Shown here: positions 27,634 to 39,500 of the stretch, in pieces
Layout of the letters: each line of letters opens with the position of its first letter
Numbering within the stretch: the first letter of the stretch is position 1
Source: Ylistrum balloti
Lineage: Eukaryota
Reading direction: 5' to 3'
DNA length: 64,000 nt
NCBI RefSeq assembly: GCF_031769215.1
Contig: NW_026782393.1
Location: forward strand, 62,001 to 126,000
Notes under the pieces: model-generated
What the model was told of the DNA's origin: nothing
Databases searched by the model: none
The model's input: only the letters and a program-made list of their open reading frames with translations
Made by a program: the position numbers and the translations under genes

Positions 27634-30600
27634 TCAAAGGTCATCATCACCAGCAGAATCCATGATAGCACCACGGTAAGCTAAATCCCAGTACTGCTCC
27701 ACACCACACTTTTTAAAATGTTCACGAGCAAAAAGTTCTGTGGGACACACTTTAAATTTCATCTCACCAAATGCTCTTGCTGTTGTCGTTCCCTGAAATT
27801 TCAAAGAAAGATTAAGCATTAGTGATTTTTAAGGGACTGCAATGAAATCTCCAAACCTTCGTCATCCTGTCTTTGTGTAGCAACTACAGGAACACTAGTG
27901 ATCCACCAAACAATTATGTGGATATTACTCACAATATGTGTTGATAACCAAATATTTCAATTTGTGACAACCTCCCAAACAACGTGACATTTGCTTGACT
28001 ACAAATAACCTCCCACACAAAGTGACATTTGCTTGACTACAAATTTTCCTAACCTCCCAAACAAAGTGACATTTGCTTGACTACAAATTTTCCTAACCTC
28101 CCAAACAACGTGACATTTGCTTGACTACAAATTTTCCTAACCTCCCAAACAACGTGACATTTGCTTGACTACAAATTTTCCTTACCTCCCAAACAAAGTA
28201 ACATTTGCTTGACTACAAATTTTCCTAACCTCCCAAACAACGTGACATTTGCTTGACTACAAATTTTCCTAACCTCCCAAACAACGTGACATTTGCTTGA
28301 CTACAAATTTTCCTAACCTCCCAAACAAGATGACATTTGCTTGACTACAAATTTTCCTTACTTCCCAAAAAACGTGACATTTGCTTGACTACAAATTTCC
28401 TTTCCTCCAAACAAAGTGACATTTGCTTGACTACAAATTTTCCTTACCTCCCAAACAACGTGACATTTGCTTGACTACAAATTTTCCTTACCTCCCAAAC
28501 AAAGTGACATTTGCTTGACTACAAATTTTCCTTACCTCCCAAACAAGGTGACATTTGCTTGACTACAAATTTTCCTTACCTCCCAAACAAAGTGACATTT
28601 GCTTGACTACAAATTTTCCTTACCTCCCAAACAAGGTGACATTTGTTTGTTTTATCTGATTCCTCCTCAGAATCGCTGTCATCTAAAACAGTAAATATTT
28701 CTCATTCTTTGAAATATGTAAGAGTTTTCTTTTCATAGTTTTAAAAGCAGTCTCAAAGCACAAGGCAGGATTTATCCATTAGAAGGCAAGTTAGGGTCAT
28801 CGATGTTTGAAATTTCTTGACAGATGACATCTTTTCCTTCACTATGAATGAAATTCAAACATCCTTGTTAAATAGTTCAGGTGTAACAAAACGTGTCATC
28901 TTCATTCCAAAAGTCAGAGACCAATGCCTCATTTTCTGAGATATGGTATGAACACAAATGGATGCACTTTTAGAAAATAGAACTTTAAAAAATATTCTGA
29001 TATGTTTTTCCAAATTGTTCAACAGAGTTAAAATGAGGTCTCGATAAGAAAATAAAAGAATATTTATCATAAAGTTATCAAAACATTTTCAGTTCTATCT
29101 ATGCTGAGTTTTATCGACATATGAGCTGTAAGTATCTGTCTCCATCTCTAAGTGAGAAAATATTACAATGTTTAATATTCTAATGACCAAAATTCTAAAC
29201 CAGAAGAAAGTTTTATTTTTTTGAAGTCTTACCATCGTCTTTCTTTTTGCCTTTATGCTGGTCCTCTTCCCATTTTATTCGGTGTAACATCAACCTCTTA
29301 AACTTTCTTTGTTGTTTTGGGCCTACGAAATATACAAATTACGCAAATATTTAAAAAGGTTTTCTTCTTGATCTCATCTGTTAACATACTAACTTACACC
29401 TCATGAATTGTTTACTACATACAGAAAAAAACAACACACACCTACAAAAAAAAAAAAAAAAGGAAACCTAATTTAAAAATGATTTTCCTCTACTGTTAAG
29501 GTTCCATAAATTGTAACATTTTTCTACATCTTTTTCATGGTACAAAAGGATTTTTTTTAATTTCAACTATAAAATGTAAGTAGGATTTGAAAATTGTACA
29601 ATAACATAATTAAAGAATAATTTTGAAATGAAAGGCATAACTAATAGTAATTGATGATTTTCATACTGCTTGTTAGGTACATGTTCATCTTAGAAAAACA
29701 GAAAGTGAGACTCACCTTATGCTAGACAAATTAAAACAGCGAAAGTAACAACAAATATTTCCATGTTTAAACCTTAATAATTTCAACATTTCCAAAACCT
29801 TGAAATCTACGAAATTTTTCCACAATACTTTTGCGTTATTACACAAAATATCAAGATCACAAAAAAAAATATTAGACTCGATCTGTAAGATCTATTACGG
29901 TAACTGCCAGCACCATTAAAAGTTGTGGAATGTTGCACTGCATAAAGACTTACCTCCCTCTACAACCACAGCATTACAGTCCCTATAGAGCACCACAATT
30001 CCTGTCATGTATAGCTGTTTAGCATTAGTTTCGATCTTAAACTTTTTGGAGGCATTTGTTAAATCTCGTATCCTGTAACCAAAACAAAATCTATAAATAT
30101 TAGCTGGGGAACAGTCTTTCTGCTTGATGTCTTTCTGCTATCAATTTGTAAAAGGATGATGGTATAAACAGGATATTTTTAGCATAAACAGAAGTACTTG
30201 GAGTTTCTAGTCTTAATTCTAGTTTGCTTGAGGCATTCTGACAGAGTTCACTGCATCGTGAAACAGTCCAAATCATAAGAGGAGTGATTGATTTTGAAGT
30301 TGTAAGACCTCATTGATGACAAGTGAAATTTACTCCACAATGTTTATAATTTGTGCATGTTTTTATTTTGCTGGGTTTATTGTTCTGTGAACAGCCAGGG
30401 TCAACATACATCAATGTTGAAATTAGAAAGTCACAGAACTGATGAAAATGCATAAATTTTGTGAGTCACACATGATTTGTGTCTAAACCACAATACCAGA
30501 TTAGTTACACATTATATTTAGGGAACACATTTTATCACCACAAGACACTATATCTTAACTATTCAACCCTAAATCTCATTTAAATACAAATATAGAGACA

Positions 30601-33453
30601 ATCCTCACCTACCTATATACACTAACATGAACACCCAGTGATACATCCTCCTTGATTTTTTTGGCTTTCTTTTCCTTCCTCTGTTCTGAAGTTAACTTCC
30701 TTGCTGCATTTGTTTCCTCATGTTGTCTATTATTATAAATATTTCACATTGAAAGTCAGCACACTAGTTAAGTAATTTTATATTGGCATAACAACAAACA
30801 GGAATGTTATTGTTTTTCTTGTTGTTGTTTTTATTTACTTTACGGATCAATCACTGATCAGACGTACAAACAATAGCAATGCTGTCCCTCGGGACATTTC
30901 TATAGATGAGACAACACTCTGATGACTTACTTTTGGCGTTTTTCCATCTGTGCACGGACATGTGCCTCAATCTTCGTAGGATCTTGTACTGCTTCGTTCC
31001 CCAGAACTCTCATCAGGTTGGCCATCCTCACTGTAATACAAACAATTTCAAACCTAGAGGTCACATGTAGAGGTCAAGTATTAAAAACTGACCCACCTCA
31101 CTGTAATACAAACAATTTCAAACCTAGAGGTCACATGTAGAGGTCAAGTATTAAAAACTGACCCTCCTTACTGACCCTCCTCACTGTAATACAAACAATT
31201 TCAAACATAGAGGTCACATGTAGAGGTCAAGTATTAAAAACTGACCCACCTCACTGTAATACAAACAATTTCAAACCTAGAGGTCACATGTAGAGGTCAA
31301 GTATATAAAAACTCATGGACTTTCACTGTAATACAAACAATTTCAAATCTAGAGGTCACATGTAGAAAGGTCAAGTATTTGAAAAACTGACCCACCTCAC
31401 TGTAATACAAACAATTTCAAGACTTTTGCTTATTGAGATGAAGTCCTTTGTCACATGTGACCTTGAAAGTGGGCCAAGTATTGAACAAAAACTGCTATGG
31501 GCCAAGTATTAGCCCCCTAGGCCTTCTAGTATTTGAGAAGAAGTTACCTCTTGAAACTGTAATACAAACAATTTCAAATGCCACAGGCACAATATCAGCA
31601 ATCTGAGCCTTTTGGTTATTGAGAAGAAGTTGTTTAAAGTCACCTTTAAAGTGGGTCAAGGTCATGCATTTGAAGCAAACTTGGTAGTCCTTCATCCCAG
31701 CATGTCACAGGCCCAATATCTACACTCTGAGCCTTTTGGTTAATGAGAAGAAGTTGTTTAAAGATTTTAACATATTTGACCCCTGTGACCTTTAAAGTGG
31801 GTCAAGGTCATTCATTTGAACAAACTTGGTAGAGCTCCATGCCAGTATCCTCTGTGCCAAGTATACTAGTATTTGAAACGTTTGAATGAAAATTTCAAAC
31901 ATAGAGGTCACATGTAGAGGTCAAGTATTAAAAACTGACCCACCTCACTGTAATACAAACAATTTCAAACCTAGAGGTCACATGTAGAGGTCAAGTATTA
32001 AAAACTGACCCACCTCACTGTAATACAAACAATTTCAAATCTAGAGGTCACATGCAGAGGTCAAATATTAAAATACTGACCCTCCTTACTGACCCTCCTC
32101 ACTGTAATACAAACAATTTCAAACATAGAGGTCACATGTAGAGGTCAAATATTAAAATACTGACCCTCCTCACTGTAATACAAACAATTTCAAACATAGA
32201 GGTCACATGTAGAGGTCAAATGTTAAAACACTGACCCTTCCCACTGTAATAAAAAGAAGTTCAGACCCAGAGGTTAAAGTTCACACATAGTGGTCAAGTA
32301 CATTAAAACATTGAATGTCCTCATTGTTACACTAACAAGCTCAATCTTAAAGGTCAAACAAGTTCAATCTTAAAGGTCAAACAGATTCAAATGTAGAGGT
32401 CAAGATTTGAAACACTGGCAATTATGACTGTAACAAATGAGAAGTTCAAATGTTAAAGTAAAAGTTCAAGTGTAGATATGAAGTTACAATAGATTTGCCA
32501 TCCTCACTGTAACCATACACATTTTTTGAAGGTTTCAACCTTAAGGTCAAAGTTCAAATGTTACGGTCAAGTATTTAAATGAGTATCCTTCCTGTAACAC
32601 AAAGACATTCAATCGTAGATGTCAAAGTTTTAACTAAGGAATCAAAAGTTCAAATATTAATGTCTAGTAATAAAATATTGGCTATCCTTGCTTTGCAAAA
32701 TACCAGAGAAAATACACAATTAGGACCTATCCTGAACATAGTCACAAAGACTGAAAATGTGGCAATACTTCAATGGTCCAAATCAACAGCCCCCGGCAGC
32801 CATCTCGACATTTGTATGCCGCGTTTATTACTCCAGGAACAGTCAGGGTCATTTTAAGTCATGGTTGCCTTGTATAAACTTGTGATTACCTCACTGAACA
32901 ACACACAGGAGGCCCATCATGTGCCATCAAGAGCAATTGGGGTAAGGTACTTTGACGAACGCCACATCTTCATCAACATTAATTAATCCATTTCTCAGTT
33001 TCCAGAGAAACACCAACAACAGTGAGTAGGGGGTACCGAATCATGCATGCTGCGGAGGATCTTAACCCAAATATCACGTAGGTCAACATTCTGGATAAAT
33101 GAGTTATTGCTGCGCCCTGCCAGTCGTCCTGACTACCAGTAAACATACAATGTGTGACTTCACAACGAAGGCTATTACTGAACTTGGTCATGAAGTTTTG
33201 AGATCCTTATAAAAGGAAAAGACAGTATTATTTAAAGTTATTTAAAGTTCTACATCAACCCTTACCTTTTGGTTCTGGTGGAGGTTGCAAACCAAGTCGA
33301 ATCTTTTCTTGTTCATCTTTTTGAGCTTCCTGTCTGTTTTGACGTCGTAACTTCTTTCGCTCTTTCTTTGTGAGATAAACAGGAATCTCTGGGGCCTTCT
33401 CTGGTTCAGCTATCAAAGTCCATGAAGAAGAGTGAATAACCTTCCAGTCTCAG

Positions 33454-33506
<53 letters not shown>

Positions 33507-36500
33507 CGTGCGTGCGCGCGTGTGTGCATGTGTGTAACAATCATAAATACATATCTGTCACTGAATTACTAGGACCTGCCCTGAAGTTTGTCTAGTTCTC
33601 AAACCAAACTGTTAACCTTTCTTAAGATAAATAACATCTTTCATAACAAAAAGAATGCTTAGAAATAAGGAGTTGAAAGTGTAATTTCTACAGAGTATAG
33701 GAAAAAGAGAGAAAACAAATATTGAAAAAAAAAACACACACAATATATATATCTTCAGTATTACAGTTCATTTTACAATAAACACATCAGAATTCTTTTA
33801 ATGAACTGTAGGGTATATGTCAGTATTCAAGTCTCCATGAGTGGAGTATTGAAGGAGACGACACAGTCCCAATTTAATGTCTCAGGATACAATTACAATG
33901 TAGCAACAGTAATACTAGCACCGTACTCAACACCTGAGAATCACCATCACAACACACAGAATACTGTACTCAACACCTAAAAAGCACCATAACAACACCC
34001 AGAATACTGTACTCAACACCTGAGAATCTCCGTTACAACATACAGATTACTGTACTAAGTACACGAGAATCGTCAGAGGCTCCGTAAAATGATCAAATGA
34101 TCCCATGCATACTGAATCCTGTTAAACTGATCTTTCACATGCTTAACATGCCATGGGAAATAATCAAAATACTTGGTGTAAATCTCTTCACCCAAACAGC
34201 GTCTGTCTGTACAAACCTGGAGGCTTCATCTGTATCGGATGTTCCACTAGATTTGTAATACCATATAGTTTCTCTCGCTCAATGTTGCCTTCTTCTGCAT
34301 AACTGAAAATAAATGTGAAAAAAATGTTAAATTCCAAGGTAATTTTGATTGTGAAATTCAATTCTTTCAAATTGTTTCAGAATCAGTCGGTAGCTGTCAT
34401 TTTACGTATCTTTCAAATAGTTGAAACACTACTTATTTATTATGTTTTCCCTGCACTTCTCTGACAAAATAGATTTTGCGACAAATTTTTTATAAACCAT
34501 GCACTACTGAAAACTGTCCAGCTTTACAGTATTAAACAAGTAAAACATGTTTACTTTTACCTGTCAGCACCAGTAATAAACTTTTTAGCCAAATAGAGCT
34601 TTATCTAAAGAGCAAAGTTAATGTAGGGTATATGTCAGTATTCAAGACTCCATAAGTGGAGTATTGAAGGAGACGACACAGTCCCAATTTAATGTCTCAG
34701 GATACAATTACAATGTAGCAACAGTAATACTAGCACCGTACTCAACACCTGAGAATCACCATCACACAGAATATTGTACTCAACACCTGATAATCACCAT
34801 CACAACACACAGAATATGGTACTCAACACCTGAGAATCACCATCACAACACACAGAATATGGTACTCAACACCTGAGAATCACAACACATAGAATATGGT
34901 ACTCAACACCCGAGAATCACAATCACACAGAATATGGTACTCAACACCTGAGAATCACAATCACACAGAATATTGTACTCAACACCTGAGAATCACCATC
35001 ACAACACACAGAATATTGTACTCAACACCTGAGAATCACCATCACAACACACAGAATATTGTACTCAACACCTGAGAATCACCATCACAACACACAGAAT
35101 ATTGTACTCAACACCTGAGAATCACCATCACAACACACAGAATATGGTACTCAACACCTGAGAATCACAACACACAGAATACTGTACTCAACACCTGAGA
35201 ATCACCATCACAACACACAGAATATGGTACTCAACACCTGAGAATCACCATCACAACACACATGGTACTCAACACCTGAGAATCATCATCACATCACACA
35301 GAATATTGTACTCAACACCTGAGAATCACCATCACAACACACAGAATATTGTACTCAACACCTGAGAATCACAATCACACAGAATATTGTACTCAACACC
35401 GAATCAACATTACAAAGCACAAATACAGTACTCAATATATGAGTATCACATTTCAAGACACACAAAAATATACTCAAAAACAAGAAGATCCATTCCATTA
35501 CAAAGTCAATTTGACCATCTGTATTCCTTCAGAAAGTAACCATATTAAAATATTGTTCACAAGACTGGTAGGCAGTATATGCAGTCACATGGTTTACTTT
35601 ATTTACTGTCACAAGGGAGAGACTGCAGTCGGTAGGATTGTCAGGATTTTCTCTTTTGATAAAGGAAAATTTCTCACATGTTTTAAACAGATCATTAAAG
35701 TCTCAAATGAATTTAACTTTTAACTTTTGTTCTTGCTGGTACTATAAAACTCTTTTATCATACAAGTGACTAAGATCCTATGCTGCGGTTACCACTACAA
35801 ACATGTTCTGTCTACAGTGGTTGATCTTCTTTTTTTTTTAATTAGTTCTTCATGTTTTAATCCTAGTCCTGAATCTAAACTTCATAGTAATTTTTGTTCT
35901 TTTGATCACATCAACAGAAATGCACTGAACATTGTTTCTTAACTGGCTACTGATATCACCAGAATACATATCATGGAACACAGTTTCAAATAGCTTGACT
36001 TTAAGAAATATCTCTCCATTTAAGTTCTATCTAATTGCAATATCTATTACACTGAACAAAGTTTTATTGGAGAAGACGCTCAACAGAATTGTGGATAAAT
36101 CTGGATATCTGAACAGTCCATCAACCTAATACGTTTCTAACAGGAACAGGAAAAGTTCTCCAAGGATTATTTTAGTGGTTGTTAGATTCAACAACAACAA
36201 ACAACTAAACAAACAAACAAATGTAGGGTATATGTCAGTATTCAAGTCTCCATAAGTGGAGTATTGAAGGAGACGACACAGTCCCAATTTAATGTCTCAG
36301 GATACAATTACAATGCAGCAACAGTAATACTAGCACCGTACTCAACACCTGAGAATCACCATCACAACACACAGAATATTGTACTCAACACCTGAGAATC
36401 ACAACACACAGAATATGGTACTCAACACCTGAGAATCACCATCACAAGACACAGAGTATTGTACTCAACACCTGAGAATCACCATCACAACACATAGAAT

Positions 36501-39500
36501 ATTGTACTCAACACCTGAGAATCACCATCACACAGAATATGGTACTCAACACCTGAGAATCACAACACACAGAATATTGTACTCAACACCTGAGAATCAC
36601 CATCACACAGAATATGGTACTCAACACCTGAGAATCACAACACACAGAATATGGTACTCAACACCTGTGAATCACCATCACAACACACAGAATATGGTAC
36701 TCAACACCTGAGAATCACCATCACAACACACAGAATATGGTACTCAACACCTGAGAATCACAATCACAACACATAGAATATTGTACTCAACACCTGAGAA
36801 TCACAATCACAACACATAGAATATTGTACTCAACACCTGAGAATCACCATCACATAGAATATGGTACTCAACACCTGAGAATCACCATCACAACACATTG
36901 AATACTGTACTCAGTTCTTGAGAATCACCATCACAACACAATGAATAATGTACTCAGTTCTTGAGAATCACCATCACAACACACAGAATATGGTACTCAA
37001 CACCTGAGAATCACCATCACACAGAATATTGTACTCAACACCTGAGAATCACCATCACACAGAATATGGTACTCAACACCTGAGAATCACCATCACAACA
37101 CACTGAATACTGTACTCAGTTCTTGAGAATCACCATCACAACACACTGAATACTGTACTCAGTTCTTGAGAATCACCATCACAACACACAGAATATGGTA
37201 CTCAACACCTGAGAATCACCATCACACAGAATATTGTACTCAACACCTGAGAATCACCATCACACAGAATATGGTACTCAACACATTAAAATCACCATCA
37301 CAACACACTGAATATTGTACTCAACACCTGAAAATCACCATAACAACACCCAGAATATTGTACTCAACACCTGAGAATCACCATCACAACACACAGAATA
37401 TTGTACTCAGTTCTTGAGAATCACCATTACAGGACAATGAACTTACTGATCTCCTGTCAGGACATAAGCATCCCACCATTCCATGTCTGGAACCTCACCT
37501 TCTTGCTGTGAAGGTAGAACAGTACACACTATTTAGATATGCCAAGAAATGATATATACTTTACCTACTATTCCAATTTAATAATCCTAGTTCCCTTCGG
37601 TCAGGGAAATATTGGCCCCATACACAAGATGAATACATTATTAGTTTTCATTAATTGTCAAACCAAATTGTTTATCTAATTTTAATGAAACTGGAAACTA
37701 GACAATCTGGTTGTAGCATACTTTACTTCAATTAATTTCTGTATGTATTTACTTATTTTTTTGTAAATGACCTAGGGATTAAAATTTGAATGGCCAAAAA
37801 TGCTAATATGCAACCATACCAGTTCTTTCTTTGGAGCAAGTGTTGCTAATTTTGCTGCAGATGCAATTCCAGTCTTCTTGGCTGCGTAGGCAATTTCATT
37901 CTGCAGTCTGTCTAACTGTGCCTGCAGCAAGATAACAATAAGATACTGAGTTTACAAAAGAAAAAAAAAATGCCAAGTCTATGATTGAGATATACATACT
38001 GTCAAATTTGATATGAAAATGTTTTTTAAAAAAAAAATTGGATAATGAGGGCCAGATTTTCTCAGGGATTTATATTGTTAATTAAACTTTACACCTGCCA
38101 AAACTTCATATGCAAAAACATTCAAGGAGAAATGACTTAATTTCAAACTGACATTTTTTGTTCAATGATTGGAAATCAAATAGGAAAACTAAGAAAAATC
38201 ATCTATATTGTCTAATATTATAGATCTCTCAAATATAAGGTTTCAAATGACCTTTGCTCGAAGCCTGCCAGCCATTTGTTCAAACTTTCCAATTTCATGG
38301 AACTTGAAGGAACGTCTTTGTCTCTGGGCACTCTTTGCCCTGAAAAAAAATCATATGTAATTTGATTTCAAAATATCTGATATAACAGTCATACATTAAA
38401 TATATCATGCATATAATTTCCTACATCATGATATACCAGTTTCAACATTTGTCTGTTCTATCAGTGATAAACCTTGTAAGAACCAACCATACTGCCACCA
38501 GTAGATATGTGGTCAGTATAAATTTAGAGTGCATCTATTTTCTTATCATGGCCAGACATTCTGTGGTCAATTTCATTCCTGAAGTCCTGAAGTGAATAAT
38601 GTTTGATGTTGTTTCACAATAGAAATTTCATATTTTCGCAGTGGTTACATTAATATTAGCCAACAACGTTCTGAGTGATATTATCACATCTTGTTTCAAT
38701 GTGCAGAAACATTAAAGACAAAAATTAAATGACTTAACTTCGATCATCATGCAAAATTTGAAATTTGAAAAAGTGGATGGTAGAAGGGAGATAATCACAT
38801 TACATAACAACCCAATAAATGCTATTGAAGCTATAGAAAATTGATTTGGCAAGACAGGAGAAACTTTTAGTGTTAACATGATGTACAATTCAAATTCTTC
38901 TTTCCAGGTGAGTTTTTCAAGTTTTTCCTAATAAGAAGCAATTAGATATCAATACACCTAATTATACACCACACACCTGTGTGAACTGGCTATATGGTAT
39001 GGTCCAAGTGACTTCCAGTTTTGACAGGTTGTACAGTATTTTCAAAATTTGTTTTCATCAAATTGAATTATAATATCTGAGGCAACTCTATAAACTTTCT
39101 TTCCCTGATTTATTTTTAAATCTTTATTTTAGAAAGATTTTTCATTACCATACATATACAAGACAAAAGCACACCCTCACACACAAAAACATTCCTTCTT
39201 GTACATATTTTAACATCACAGCAACCTCAAGATACCATGACCATCATGTAACAATATTACAATTAACTTTAAATTAAAAAAATATCAACCACAAAAATTG
39301 TCTTAAAAAAAAAACAAAAAAACAAGAGGCCCATGGGCCTTAACGGTCATCTGACAAAAAATACAAGATTTCAAATTTTGAACTTGAGAAGAAGTCGAAA
39401 ATGTGTTTTCAAGATGGCGGCCATGTTGAATTTCGGACCAACCCGAAATTAACAAACTTTGGTCAGGATCATGTCATGATCATTTCAGGTAAGTTTCAGC

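Noticed and set aside
35917-36130. Possible extra PRPF3 exon
   Set aside because: PRPF3 exons 11 and 12 join in phase without it, and the translation has stops and no similarity.
34664-37417. ORF-track peptides rich in [11 protein letters not shown]
   Set aside because: Translations of an intronic minisatellite, antisense to PRPF3, with frequent frame changes.
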